64,000 bases of DNA, from positions 1,984,001 to 2,048,000 of the forward strand of contig OZ244042.1 in NCBI GenBank assembly GCA_965215015.1, read 5' to 3'. The notes beneath the pieces were generated by a model. It did no database searches. It was given only the letters and a program-made list of their open reading frames with translations, and was not told the origin of the DNA. Shown piece by piece: positions 50,214-60,834 of the stretch. Each line of letters starts with the position of its first letter. Positions within the stretch are counted from its first letter, which is position 1. Origin of the DNA: Candidatus Poribacteria bacterium. GTDB taxonomy: Bacteria > Poribacteria > WGA-4E > PCPOR2b. The position numbers were made by a program, and so were the translations under genes.

Positions 50214-50297
50214 TGCCCCCGACTGGACTCGAACCAGCATGCCAATTAAGGCACAGGCCCTCAACCTGCTGTGTATACCAAATTCCACCACAGGGGC
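50214..50297 (-). tRNA. tRNA-Leu (anticodon GAG), CCA not encoded
   Basis: GCCCCTG acceptor, GTGGAATTTGGTATAC D arm, GCAGG-TTGAGGG-CCTGT anticodon arm, long variable arm, GGTTCGAGTCC T arm; TTGACA/TATAAT promoter at 50312-50341. Confidence 0.95.
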
Positions 50298-50569
50298 AGA
50301 TAAACAACCTAATTATACCCATCATGAAATAGGGTTGTCAAGCGAAATTTCTGTCTCGAATTCGTGCTTGGAAAACACGATAACCGACTATATCGTGGCA
50401 CCCGTGTGTAACCATCGGGATCAATAGCGATCCAGTTCCTACTATCAGAAGCCCGAATCAGATTCCCGCCAGCATCGCGCCCAAAACCAAAATAGCAGAA
50501 ACTCCTGCCGCCCGATGAATCGGGCAACTACAATCTAAAGTGCGTAAATCCTGATTGAATATCATCGAC

Positions 50570-51694
50570 CTACGAACTGTGTGACTCCGGCAAAAATGTC
50601 TGACTGAATCGCGCAGCCTTTTCAACGCGCTCCAAGACCGGCTGATACCCCGTCCCAGCTGACTGCGAGGGCGTAAATGTGCAATCATCGTTCAAAACCA
50701 ACTCCGTTTCTGTCAAATCTTGCCGATAGAAGAAACTACTAGGAAACAGATCGCCAGGGTAGGTGAAATTGTCCAATGTTGCAAGTTCAACCAAGACGCC
50801 GGCACCTATACCGCTCTCTAACATACTACCCACCCAGCACGGGATACCGGCATCGCGCGCCATATTGTGCAGCCTCACCGCGACGGAGAGGCCACCGACA
50901 CGGCCCGTTTTAAGATTGAGAATCTGACACGATTCCAGCTTCAGTGCCCATTCAAAAGCACGCCCTGATTCAATTGACTCATCCAGACAGACCGGCGTCT
51001 CAATCTGTCGCTGTAACTCAGCATGTTCCAATAGGTCGTTGTGATACAATGGCTGCTCAATCATTGCTAGCCCTAGCTTATCGACCTGCTTGAAAAAATT
51101 GATATCGTCCAGCGTATATCCTGAGTTGCAGTCGATATGGAACGTTTGATGAGGAAAAGCTGCGCGAACCGCCTGCAACATCTCAAGATCCCAACCCGGC
51201 CTCACTTTGAGCTTAACCCGCTTGAAGCCATCATCAACGGCGCACTGAATCTTCTCCAACAGCATGTCAATAGAATCCTGCACGCCAAAGTCAGCACCAG
51301 CATCTACCTTCCTGAAGCTGCCCCCCAACAATTGGTATAGGGGCACACCTTCCATATTTGCTTTGAGTACCCACCAAGCGACCTCCGGACCTGCTTTGGC
51401 AAATGGGTTCCCTTTAATCCACTGGTACGCAGCAAGTAATTCATCCGCTGTATCAAACGATCTGCCAACCAATAGGGGCGCAATAAACTCGGTTATCGTA
51501 TGGTATGCCGACATCGTGGATTCGGGCGAGTAGGCGGGAGCCTTCAACGGTGTAGTCTCGCCCCAACCTTCATGCCCGTCCGATTCCAGCCGGACAAGTA
51601 CCGAATCAACAGTGTCATCCTCACCGTAAGCGGTGCGCCAAGGGTAAATCAGGGGCAGACTGACATAGTAAACGTCAATACAATCTATCCGCAT
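50570..51694 (-). CDS. menC: o-succinylbenzoate synthase / N-acylamino acid racemase
   Basis: RVKLKVRPGWD, IDCN, IEQPL, CLDESI, NLKTGRVGG, GSMLESG. Confidence 0.85.
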   Translation of the reverse strand: MRIDCIDVYYVSLPLIYPWRTAYGEDDTVDSVLVRLESDGHEGWGETTPLKAPAYSPESTMSAYHTITEFIAPLLVGRSFDTADELLAAYQWIKGNPFAKAGPEVAWWVLKANMEGVPLYQLLGGSFRKVDAGADFGVQDSIDMLLEKIQCAVDDGFKRVKLKVRPGWDLEMLQAVRAAFPHQTFHIDCNSGYTLDDINFFKQVDKLGLAMIEQPLYHNDLLEHAELQRQIETPVCLDESIESGRAFEWALKLESCQILNLKTGRVGGLSVAVRLHNMARDAGIPCWVGSMLESGIGAGVLVELATLDNFTYPGDLFPSSFFYRQDLTETELVLNDDCTFTPSQSAGTGYQPVLERVEKAARFSQTFLPESHSS

Positions 51695-51952
51695 GGGTAA
51701 TTCCTCTCTATCAGGTACACTAGATTTTGTTGTTGACGCCAATCAGAAAATGTCTATAATAACAGCAAACCTCAAAGCCAACTGGTTAGGTTCAATCCTA
51801 GAGTCAGAACTGCAAAACTCACCCTAATTTTATCATATCAGAGGCAACTGAGGGAACAGAGAAATTAAGACAAGAACTTCACCAAAGACGCGGATAGTTT
51901 TGATACGAAACGGTCTCAACATTTTTACTCATCTGATCGAAAGGATAATTGG

Positions 51953-53260
51953 ATGCAAGTTGTAGATGTAGAACGCATAATCGTTGATGTGCCATTTACC
52001 CCACGGCAGCAAAAGATTACTGCACGGGAGGTATACAACTGGGCGGTTCTGGAACTGTGCAAGGTAACTACAGATACAGGACATGTCGGCTGGGGCGAAA
52101 CTGTGATCCACTACACTTGGGCGCGAGTGACAGACGATGCGGTCGAAAGGGTAAAGGGACAAAGTCCCGCAAAATTGATGAACGATGATTCTCTCGGCGC
52201 GGGCTTACAGATGGCGTTGTTTGATGTGGTCGGCAAGGTCTTGGGGGTGCCGGCTTACGAGTTGATGGGCACACAGGAGCGCGACTGGGTTCCTATCTCT
52301 TGGTGGTGTATTGATGCTTCCCCTGAAGACTGGGCGGCCGAGGCTGCGGCTGCGGTGACAAAGGGTTACACCAGCATCAAGCTCAAGCCCCGACCTTGGT
52401 GGGACATCGTTGCACAGGTCGAGGCCATCGCCCAAATGGTGCCACCGCACTTCAAGCTGGATCTTGACGCTAACGGCACGTGGCAGAATGCGGCCGCCGC
52501 AATTCTCATCATCAAAAAACTGGAAAAATATACCAATGTGGCCATGTTTGAGACACCCATCCCGCAGAACGATGTGCTTGGAAATATGCAGATTCGGAGT
52601 GTGATTAATCGGCCGATTGCGATGCACTTCGGGACGCCGCCCTACATTACCAATATCCGCGAAGGGGTTTGTGATGGATATGTTATCTGTACCGGGAAGT
52701 CTGGTGCCATCCAACAAGGAACTTTAAGTGCTGAGGCGCAGATGCCCTTCTGGCTGCAATTAGTGGGCAATGGACTGACCACGACTTGGGCTGCCCATCT
52801 AGGCTCGATTTTAACCCACGCCACTTGGCCCGCTATTACCTGCATAAATCTCTATAGCCACCAGTTATTAAAAAAGGAGATTGAGGTTGTCGGCGGGTAT
52901 CACAAGGTGCCAGAGGGGCCAGGGCTAGGCGTTGAGGTTGACGAAGAGGCAGTTGAGAAGTATCGGGTACCCCAAGATACACTCGAAGAATTCAAGAGAA
53001 ACGGTGAAATCTATGACCGACCAAAACCACGTATTATTAACACCATTGTATACCCGGATGGCAGTTGTATTCACATGGGTTACAGTAGTCAGGGATATGG
53101 CTACTTCAATGCGGGACATGGACCCGCGTATGTAGAAGGCGTGCGTTTAGAAGCGCAGCCGGACGATGGATCCAAAGCGTGGTTGGATCTGTTTGAGCGG
53201 GCTCAGCAGCATCCAGTACGAGATCGTTGGGATGGGAAATTAAAGTCAGAACTCATCTAA
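51953..53260 (+). CDS. Enolase superfamily (mandelate racemase/MLE-like) protein
   Basis: TDTGHVGWGE, ALFDVVGK, KLK, LDAN, PEGPGLGV; paralogue of 23870-25111. Confidence 0.9.
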   Translation: MQVVDVERIIVDVPFTPRQQKITAREVYNWAVLELCKVTTDTGHVGWGETVIHYTWARVTDDAVERVKGQSPAKLMNDDSLGAGLQMALFDVVGKVLGVPAYELMGTQERDWVPISWWCIDASPEDWAAEAAAAVTKGYTSIKLKPRPWWDIVAQVEAIAQMVPPHFKLDLDANGTWQNAAAAILIIKKLEKYTNVAMFETPIPQNDVLGNMQIRSVINRPIAMHFGTPPYITNIREGVCDGYVICTGKSGAIQQGTLSAEAQMPFWLQLVGNGLTTTWAAHLGSILTHATWPAITCINLYSHQLLKKEIEVVGGYHKVPEGPGLGVEVDEEAVEKYRVPQDTLEEFKRNGEIYDRPKPRIINTIVYPDGSCIHMGYSSQGYGYFNAGHGPAYVEGVRLEAQPDDGSKAWLDLFERAQQHPVRDRWDGKLKSELI

Positions 53261-53530
53261 AAAGAGAGTGCAAAGATACCCGGAACATCGCGCAACCGTC
53301 TTGGCCCAATTCACCAAACACCGGAGTCCAACGCGATTGGTATTTGCCCCCGAGTTCTTTTTCACCAAACTCAGGGGCTGTTGCACCATTTCTTAACATC
53401 AGCGAAAATCAGAACTTGTGCAGTGGATATAAAGTATCGTCCTGTACGGGCCAGGGGACCGCGCTCCTACGTAGCATATCAAAAAAAGAAATTAAACACC
53501 CTCGTGGCGCGGATTGCAATTGTTATGTGC

Positions 53531-53558
53531 GTAGGGAACGCAGATCTGCGTTCCCTAC
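53531..53558. repeat. Perfect 28-bp GTAG-flanked REP-like palindrome
   Basis: GTAGGGAACGCAGA|TCTGCGTTCCCTAC. Confidence 0.7.
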
Positions 53559-53651
53559 TCATACGCAGCACGAAATAGGAACGATTTTCGCAAGTGAAGG
53601 GCGTAAGTCCTAAAAACATAGAAATAGGATTCTGGATTGGAGGTTATGAAA

Positions 53652-54329
53652 ATGAGCTATGAAGTGGTTGAATCCAAGTTTGTCGCAACCGAGGAGCAAG
53701 GTGAGGTCTCATCGCTGCTGATTCGTCCTGACGATGCGCGGTGGCTGCTGGTGCTAGGGCATGGTGCCGGCACGCATATGCGGCACACAACCCTTCAAAC
53801 CATTGCTGAACGATTGGCGGACGTTGGCATCGCCACATTCCGTTACAACTTCCCTTATGCGGAACGAGGTGGTGGTCGAAACGCAAACGCTGTCTGTCAG
53901 GAGACCGTCCGTTCCGCAGTCACGGCGGCGCACACAGCGGCGAACGATCTATCGATTCTCGTTGGTGGACACTCCTTCAGCGGACGAATGTCATCAATAG
54001 CTGCCGCAGAGGCACCGTTAAAGCATGTGCGGGGCTTGGTGTTTTTCGCCTTTCCTTTGCATCCGTCTGGGAAGCCGTCGGTGGAACGTGCAGCACACCT
54101 GAGCGATGTCACGATACCAATGCTCTTCCTATCTGGCACACGTGACAAATTGGGTGAACTTGACCTGCTACAACCTACCTGCAATCAGATTGGTGATAAA
54201 GCAACGTTGCATCTTTTGGACACCGCTGACCACGGATTTAAGATTCTCAAACGCTCTCGCAACACCGACGAAGATGTGTTCGTGGAGATGGCGCGGGTTA
54301 TCAATGAATGGGTATCAGCGATGGATTGA
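53652..54329 (+). CDS. Alpha/beta hydrolase (KANL3/Tex30-like)
   Basis: HGAG, RYNFPY, GGHSFSGR, FPLHP, GTRD, ADH. Confidence 0.9.
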   Translation: MSYEVVESKFVATEEQGEVSSLLIRPDDARWLLVLGHGAGTHMRHTTLQTIAERLADVGIATFRYNFPYAERGGGRNANAVCQETVRSAVTAAHTAANDLSILVGGHSFSGRMSSIAAAEAPLKHVRGLVFFAFPLHPSGKPSVERAAHLSDVTIPMLFLSGTRDKLGELDLLQPTCNQIGDKATLHLLDTADHGFKILKRSRNTDEDVFVEMARVINEWVSAMD

Positions 54330-54341
54330 GTCCAATTGTGT

Positions 54342-55163
54342 TTATCGACCATGAACTGATTGTAAATCCAACCGCTGGTCAACGTTATCCGAGACTGCGT
54401 TAGTCCACTCTACATCGTCAAGGTTTTGCAGGCTCATCAGCGCGACATCAACGAGTGGATTGGAGAGGACATAATTCAGTAGAAAACTGTCCAGATCGAT
54501 TCCCTCCATCTGGGTTGGGAAACACCGCTGCATCAGATTTTGGAAGGCGTTGCTTGTCGTCGAGCGCATCAACACAACCCCCATGTCTTGGGCCTCTGCC
54601 TCCGGTATGGTCCCGCGATTGCCGAAGATGTCGCATGTGCTCTGATACATGAGGTTGTAGTGAATCTGAATCATGTCGAATTCACCGGACGCGACCATTC
54701 GCTCGATGCCCCCTGACGGCCCATCTGCCGAGAATCCAATAAAACGGATTTTCCCTTGGTCTCGCAACTGCTGATAAGTTTCCAACCCGCCCTGCTCTAG
54801 GATAAGATTCGCATCGTGCCCCTGATGCCAGCCGCCGTGAAACTGCAAGACATCGATCACGTCTGTCTGCAGACGTATCAGGCTTCCTTCTACATCGGCA
54901 AGGATGCCCTGCGGATCGAAAGCTTCTGTTTTGGTCGCTAGAACAAGCCCAGCCTTACGCCCCTGAATCGCCTTCCCTATAACGGTTTCACTGAAACCGC
55001 TCCCGTAGGTCGGTGCCGTGTCGATGTAGTTGAGGCCCATGTCGAAGGCGTGGTGGAGCATCTGAATGAGGGTTTGTGCGTCTTGATCGGGGCGCACACG
55101 CCCGCCACCGTAGCCAATCTCCGAAACGCGCAGCTGGGTGCGACCTAATGTTCGATACTGCAT
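54342..55163 (-). CDS. Aldo/keto reductase
   Basis: YRTLGRT, IDTAPTYG..SE, LATK, LQTDVID, GKIRFIG. Confidence 0.93.
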   Translation of the reverse strand: MQYRTLGRTQLRVSEIGYGGGRVRPDQDAQTLIQMLHHAFDMGLNYIDTAPTYGSGFSETVIGKAIQGRKAGLVLATKTEAFDPQGILADVEGSLIRLQTDVIDVLQFHGGWHQGHDANLILEQGGLETYQQLRDQGKIRFIGFSADGPSGGIERMVASGEFDMIQIHYNLMYQSTCDIFGNRGTIPEAEAQDMGVVLMRSTTSNAFQNLMQRCFPTQMEGIDLDSFLLNYVLSNPLVDVALMSLQNLDDVEWTNAVSDNVDQRLDLQSVHGR

Positions 55164-55447
55164 GGTGAAATCCTTTCGCCTTTGATACAATTACGGAGGT
55201 AATATAAAACCCAAGTCGCTCGGTATTGAAAATCCAGCGGTTTCTGTTAAAGTTGACGGTCTCTACCTTAATACCTTATAGGAGTTACGCCCTTGAGTTT
55301 GTCGTAACGCCATTCAACCCGAATCAAATAGACCATAAATCGCCCAACCTACCTTCCCCCTTCCCTCCGTTTGCAAGGGGTGGGGGTTCTTAGAGGGGTT
55401 ACGGCACGCGGGAGCGTGCCTGTCGCTCCAAGTGTATCCTGCCCCGA

Positions 55448-57121
55448 CTAAAAGTCAAACTCAATCTCCACCAACCGGTTCTCACGCGCGGCAGTCTCAC
55501 ATCCCTCAATACACTGGATAGGTCCTTTCGCCCATTCCGGCGTAATCAGTAAGGGTTGACTGGCGAGCAGATGATCTGAGACGTTCTTGTAATATGTCTG
55601 CCAACCCCGGTTGGTCACCGTTGGATAACTGGAAACCATTTCGCGCCCATCCTCCATGACAGAGGTCACGGTTGTTTCGCCTTGGAAATTCTGCACCACA
55701 ATAGAGCCGTGTGTGCCGACTACGGTCCAGAGCGGTTTCTCAGCTGCGTGTAAATTCGACTGGATAAGCTGCGCTTCCAAACCGCTATCGAATCGCACAT
55801 ACGCCCGGCAGAAATCTTCAACGGAACTGGCTTGCCAATGCCGTTTGAGGAAATTACCGTACAGCGTTGCACGTTTATTGATGCGATTTCCGTTTCGGTC
55901 GTGTTGAGGGACCAGTTGCAGGATCTTCTCAAATTGATGTGCACCCATATCGTACAACAGGCCGCCCGAAATCTCCTTATGGTCTCGCCACATCTGCCCG
56001 GGTGCGCCGTAGCCGACCATGTTACACTCAATCGAATATATCTGTCCAATTATACCCGATTCAACAGCATCACAGAGGGTGAGGATATCCGGATCCCAGT
56101 GTCGATTATGGTAAACCGAAAGCATGACATCCTTTTCGCGTGCGAGCGCAATCAGTTCGTCCGCTTCGGAGACATGGACGACAAACGGTTTTTCGGTGAT
56201 GGTGTGCAGCCCCGCTTCCAAGAGAATCTTCGCAACCGGGGCGTGATAGACATGCGGCACAATTACAATGCCCAGATCAATTTGACCGCTTTCTGCCATC
56301 TCTCGGGCGTCAGTGAAGGTGGCAATCGTTTCCCCTTGCTCCTCCTTCGCAGCACCGAGGCGTTCAGGATCTCTATCGCATACAGCCGCCAACTCAAATC
56401 CGTGGGTCTGTGCAATCATACCGGCGTGATGATTGCCCATATTAAACAGCGGACCGTAGCCCACCAGACCGATGCGGATCGGTGGGTTATCCTTCAGGTT
56501 GGTCACATAGCGGAGCCCCTTGAGCAATTGATCTTGAAAGTCCGGATGACCAAAAGCGCGGTCATCGTGTCCAAGCGCGGTATAAAATACCTTCCCCTCA
56601 CCATAGTCTCGCACATAGCCGAGCGGATATTTTTGGAGTCGCCACGCACCGTATTGAAAATAACGCAAGGGTGCTTCTGTCCGAACCTTCATCTGATAAC
56701 ACTCATCTACGATACGGAACTCCTTGTTGAGGCGCGGTAGGATATCGTCAATCCCGTCTTCCGTTGTCACTTCAAATGGTGCTAACGGGTCGTGTTGGAG
56801 GAACTCCGTGCCGATGAGTTCAATGTAATCATCATACTGTCCGAGTCCGGCGTTGGCACCGTGCACTGCAACCAATCCACCGCCCCCTCTGACATACTCG
56901 GTTAACCCACCCTCAACCTCTGGTGTAATTTCTCCACCGCCGATATATAGCGCGACTGCATCGAACGCAGAGGGATCCGTCAACCGGTTGCGGTCATCGC
57001 TAACCTCCACTTCAAACTGCCCCCCATCTTCAACCAGCGGCTTAAACATCTCCGCAAACGCACTAAAAGGGGGATGCGGACCATTAATAATCAATAAGAC
57101 TTTCTTCAAGTTGCCCTCCAA
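55448..57121 (-). CDS. ThuA-like domain fused to Gfo/Idh/MocA oxidoreductase
   Basis: GGGLVAVH..GKVFYTALGH then GLVGYG, EKP, HNRHWD, GGLLYDMGAH. Confidence 0.88.
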   Translation of the reverse strand: MEGNLKKVLLIINGPHPPFSAFAEMFKPLVEDGGQFEVEVSDDRNRLTDPSAFDAVALYIGGGEITPEVEGGLTEYVRGGGGLVAVHGANAGLGQYDDYIELIGTEFLQHDPLAPFEVTTEDGIDDILPRLNKEFRIVDECYQMKVRTEAPLRYFQYGAWRLQKYPLGYVRDYGEGKVFYTALGHDDRAFGHPDFQDQLLKGLRYVTNLKDNPPIRIGLVGYGPLFNMGNHHAGMIAQTHGFELAAVCDRDPERLGAAKEEQGETIATFTDAREMAESGQIDLGIVIVPHVYHAPVAKILLEAGLHTITEKPFVVHVSEADELIALAREKDVMLSVYHNRHWDPDILTLCDAVESGIIGQIYSIECNMVGYGAPGQMWRDHKEISGGLLYDMGAHQFEKILQLVPQHDRNGNRINKRATLYGNFLKRHWQASSVEDFCRAYVRFDSGLEAQLIQSNLHAAEKPLWTVVGTHGSIVVQNFQGETTVTSVMEDGREMVSSYPTVTNRGWQTYYKNVSDHLLASQPLLITPEWAKGPIQCIEGCETAARENRLVEIEFDF

Positions 57122-57170
57122 AAAAGACTACGGTTGCCAAGATAATTGACGAATTGCCCCGAAAATCCTG

Positions 57171-57998
57171 TTAATACACCCAAGCGTCCTCTGTGAGTTC
57201 ACCTGAATAGATGATTCGGGCATCCCCCTCCAGATAGACATTTTCCGGACTGCCATTAACTAGGTCAAAATGGATGGTTAGCACCGAGCCGCTGGCGGTC
57301 CGCACGGCAACCGGGGACTCAACCTTTCCTAGCGCGGCAGAGACAATCGCAGCCGCAATCGAACCTGTGCCACAGGCGAGTGTTTCATCTTCGACCCCGC
57401 GTTCATACGTGCGAATGTCAATCGCTTGAGAATCTTTGACACGCACGAAATTAGCATTTGTGCCCGCAGGTTTGAAGTCGTCGTGGTAGCGCGTCTGCCT
57501 GCCAAGCCCCAACACATCCGTTCCCTCCAAATCTTCAGCGAAAAAGAGGACATGGGGGACACCACTGTTAGCGAAAGAGATGTTGTGGACACCATTTTCC
57601 AACTGGAGCGGAAAACTCAGTCGAATGTCCGTTGGATCGCTCATCCGGACCTTGACATCGGTGCCGACAATTTCGGATTCGTAGATGCCTGCTTGGGTCT
57701 CAAAGGACATCTGCTTGGAAACGATGCCGTTAATATAGGCGAACCTGGAGATACAACGCGCACCATTGCCACAGGTCTCCGCCTCACTGCCATCCGCATT
57801 GAAGTAGCGCATTCGGAAATCCGCTTTATCTGTATTTTCGACGAGCAGCACACCATCCGCGCCGGCAGACATTCGGCGTTGGCAAACCTTTTCGACAAAA
57901 TCGGTATTTTCGTATTGGACAACGCCTTCGCGGTTATCGATAATAACGAAGTCGTTGCCTGCACCGCTCAGTTTCATGAAGGGTACTTTTTCAGCCAT
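57171..57998 (-). CDS. dapF: Diaminopimelate epimerase
   Basis: GAGNDF, NADGSEAETCGNGARC, GVPH, RTYERGVEDETLACGTG. Confidence 0.97.
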   Translation of the reverse strand: MAEKVPFMKLSGAGNDFVIIDNREGVVQYENTDFVEKVCQRRMSAGADGVLLVENTDKADFRMRYFNADGSEAETCGNGARCISRFAYINGIVSKQMSFETQAGIYESEIVGTDVKVRMSDPTDIRLSFPLQLENGVHNISFANSGVPHVLFFAEDLEGTDVLGLGRQTRYHDDFKPAGTNANFVRVKDSQAIDIRTYERGVEDETLACGTGSIAAAIVSAALGKVESPVAVRTASGSVLTIHFDLVNGSPENVYLEGDARIIYSGELTEDAWVY

Positions 57999-58204
57999 AT
58001 CGGTTCTCCTTTTCTTAATATCGAGTTATTGTATCACATCTGTCATCTATCCACCACCATCTAACAAGGTTAAATTGACGACTGGGCCGACATCAACACT
58101 CTAATTGCTCTGCAACTTTCAGGTAGGAGATGAGGAATGGTTTATAGAGGTAGGACCTACAAAGTGGGAAGAGTAGAGGGGTGATATTTACCTCTGGTGC
58201 TATT

Positions 58205-58555
58205 TTAGAGATTAAATTGTGCGATAGATAAAGGGGCGAAGCCATCGTCATCAACCGGTAAGCTATCCCACTGCAGCCACATATTAAACAACGCTATTGT
58301 GAAGGCAAATCGTGTCTTGAAATAAGCCCAACACTGAGGCGCGACTTTCTTCAAATGGCACACACCTGTCAACATGGATAAAAGAGGCTCTATCAGCATC
58401 CGAGCGTTCCATTCACCGCATTGGCACACCCGCAAGTTGGAAACAAACCCATTCACTTTGGCAAAATCGGCATCGGCAAAAACAACCATCTTCCCACTGA
58501 CACCTCCAACAAGATGTTGGAAGCAACTGCCATCGCACTCTGATGATTTTCTCAA
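58205..58555 (-). pseudogene. DDE transposase C-terminal remnant
   Basis: VFADADF..GEWNARMLIEPLLSMLTGVCH..TIALFN resembles the R-x3-E DDE C-terminus; no intact N-terminus. Confidence 0.55.
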
Positions 58556-58672
58556 GATTTGGGTCGGGAGTGTTTGCTAGTTGGGCTAGGACAGTGCTGG
58601 CCCAGCAAATGAATATGATAAAGCTGCACATGCAGCAATGTGCAAAAGTCGTGTAACTTTTTACCCTCCAAT

Positions 58673-59557
58673 TTATTGATAAATCCCTGCCGCCATATAT
58701 CCAACTACCTGATCCTGCCGCCCGATGGAGACATCTCCAGAGTTCGCAGCTTTCAGGACCTCAATCCGATTCCCGCCCAACGCTTTCGCCGCTCTCATTG
58801 TCGTATAGATTGCGCCGGTGCTGCACATCATACAGTGAAGATTCCGGGCAAGACGGTGCTGCATGTATCCATCCAGCTGCTCGCGCAAGTAATCGGGGTC
58901 AAAGTGCCCAATTGCTTCAATGACGACCTGATCGGATTTTCGCGCTTCCTCGTAGACCGGATAATGGCAGAGATCGGTGCTGCCAATCAACAGACAGGAT
59001 CGATTGCCCAGAGCTTCTGCAATCGCCTGACTCAAGGGAATGACATTTTCCGGGGAGTCATCCTGCAACAAGATAGTAACGATACGGAAATCGGAGAGGA
59101 GGTATTGTAGAAATGGCAACTGCACTTCAAGGCTATGCTCGTTTGCATGCGCCGATGGGAGGTCGAGGATGTCGCCGTTCAGGCGCATAATCTCAGCCGC
59201 AAGGTCTTCATCGATGTGGATATCTCCAAGCGGCGTACGGAACGCACCGCGTGCGTAAATCGCTGCACCCTCGATTGGGTAGCGATGGCTTAACCCGACA
59301 AGCACTACCGTGTCGAAGGACTGCCCCATCAACTGTTTGTACGCATATCCCGCAACATGACCAGAATAGATGTAGCCGGCATGGGGCGCGATGAGTCCGA
59401 TGAGTTTGCCTCCAGTTCCCTTTAACGCCGAATCATTGATGAATTTTCCCACCTGCGCGGATAGAACTTTCGGCGAATCCGAATAGAAACTGCCAGCCAC
59501 AGCAGGAAAGCGAACGGTCTCAGTCTGTGTATCTCGCTTTTTCCAACTGATACCCAT
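58673..59557 (-). CDS. amrB: MEMO1 family / AmmeMemoRadiSam system protein B
   Basis: PAVAGSFY, PHAGYIYSG, EHSLEVQLPFLQ, STDLCHY, NSGD..VVGY. Confidence 0.93.
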   Translation of the reverse strand: MGISWKKRDTQTETVRFPAVAGSFYSDSPKVLSAQVGKFINDSALKGTGGKLIGLIAPHAGYIYSGHVAGYAYKQLMGQSFDTVVLVGLSHRYPIEGAAIYARGAFRTPLGDIHIDEDLAAEIMRLNGDILDLPSAHANEHSLEVQLPFLQYLLSDFRIVTILLQDDSPENVIPLSQAIAEALGNRSCLLIGSTDLCHYPVYEEARKSDQVVIEAIGHFDPDYLREQLDGYMQHRLARNLHCMMCSTGAIYTTMRAAKALGGNRIEVLKAANSGDVSIGRQDQVVGYMAAGIYQ

Positions 59558-59635
59558 CTTCCCTCCGTTGCAGGAACTGAGAGCACGAAAGGACAGAAAT
59601 AAATAGAAACACAATATTTAGCTCTTCCTTTTCTT

Positions 59636-60028
59636 CTATTCACTCTCCGGCTTCGTCTCTTCCGATGGTATTTCACTCGTTGATTCTGAGGTTTCCGGTG
59701 TCGGAGGAGGTGGAGGATTATTCGCCATCCGTATATAAGCCATCCGGAGGTTGTATAAAGTATTATCCAACAGATTGCTTTCGGGTACTGTTAGGTTGCC
59801 CGTTGTTTTCTCTTTGAGGAGATCAATCGTGTCAATTGTCCGCTTTGCCATTTCCAGATCTATCAACGCCTCTTTTGTCTCCGGATTTTGAAATCCACCA
59901 AGGTAAGCAAACGCAGTTGTCCCAAGCTCTGCAATGAAGGCGGAAAAATCGACAGGCGGTAATTGAGGTCTTTCTTGTTCGGTTGATTGGGAGCTGTCTG
60001 AAGTCGATCCCTTTGATGCTTCTGCCAT
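59636..60028 (-). CDS. DUF1844 family protein
   Basis: DLEMAKRTIDTIDLLKEKTTGNL..LYNLRMAY. Confidence 0.88.
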   Translation of the reverse strand: MAEASKGSTSDSSQSTEQERPQLPPVDFSAFIAELGTTAFAYLGGFQNPETKEALIDLEMAKRTIDTIDLLKEKTTGNLTVPESNLLDNTLYNLRMAYIRMANNPPPPPTPETSESTSEIPSEETKPESE

Positions 60029-60070
60029 CGACGCACCTCCTTATCACTATATTGTAGATATAAATTAGGT

Positions 60071-60221
60071 GAGGAGTGCTCATAAATAGGACCCGATGTG
60101 TCTACCCTTCCAAACGGGTACGGGTTGGGGCTCGCTACCTGTTAAGCTTAGTTCCCAAGCCCCCACGATTGGCCATTTGCCTGAATCGAGGGATGACACG
60201 CCTTGATAATGAGCACCCCTC
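60071..60221. mobile_element. MITE family A copy (short)
   Basis: GAGGAGTGCTCATAA ... TAATGAGCACCCCTC. Confidence 0.7.
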
Positions 60222-60350
60222 AAATAGGTGGTGTACTTGATCGCTCGAGGCATATCTGCTACACCTGAAGTGTAGGAGCAAAGAGGGAGTTACGTTTCAG
60301 TCCTGGCGGTAGTCATAGCACACCGAGGATATAGTGATAGTAAATATTGC

Positions 60351-60719
60351 TTATTCATCAAAGATAATGATTTGTGCAGGTAGCGATCCAGCTTGATTGT
60401 TGTGTTCTGGATTTTCATTCATTGCAAGAAAAATTACGCCCTCAGCCGGTGCAGCGTTGTCGTACCGTGACCCGACAGCAAATACCATATCGTCAATTTG
60501 TGCGATTAATGCACCAACGTTGGCACCGGGCATCAGGAAACCCTCTTCAGCGGGTAGATTGGCGATACCATCCGCACCACACCAACAGATGCGATTCTGT
60601 GTATCCGGGGACCACGCCCCTTGTGCTTCAATGACCATGCGTTGTCCTTTTTTAACGCGAACGTATGTCTCTTGCCAGACCGGACTCGGACGGGCTGTGT
60701 GGATAATGGTTAATGCCAT
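60351..60719 (-). CDS. LecA/PA-IL-like lectin domain protein
   Basis: WQET..V..GQ..I.AQGAW, GALIAQI, FAVG, IFLAMNE..NNQAGSL pattern. Confidence 0.65.
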   Translation of the reverse strand: MALTIIHTARPSPVWQETYVRVKKGQRMVIEAQGAWSPDTQNRICWCGADGIANLPAEEGFLMPGANVGALIAQIDDMVFAVGSRYDNAAPAEGVIFLAMNENPEHNNQAGSLPAQIIIFDE

Positions 60720-60834
60720 AAACAATCCTTTCTTTGAATAAATTAGGTTTCAAAAAGAAATGATGAAAATGCAAATGAGCAAGAAAGACAGGCGATACCC
60801 TGTTTTCATTGCTCATTTGCACCATCGCTTAATT

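Noticed and set aside
50214-50297. tRNA-Leu as an island integration site
   Set aside because: No duplicated tRNA 3' end or adjacent integrase was seen in the window.
55832-58064. Long antisense ORFs (302 aa, 212 aa)
   Set aside because: They lie opposite well-supported genes (ThuA-Gfo fusion, dapF) and have no recognisable motifs.
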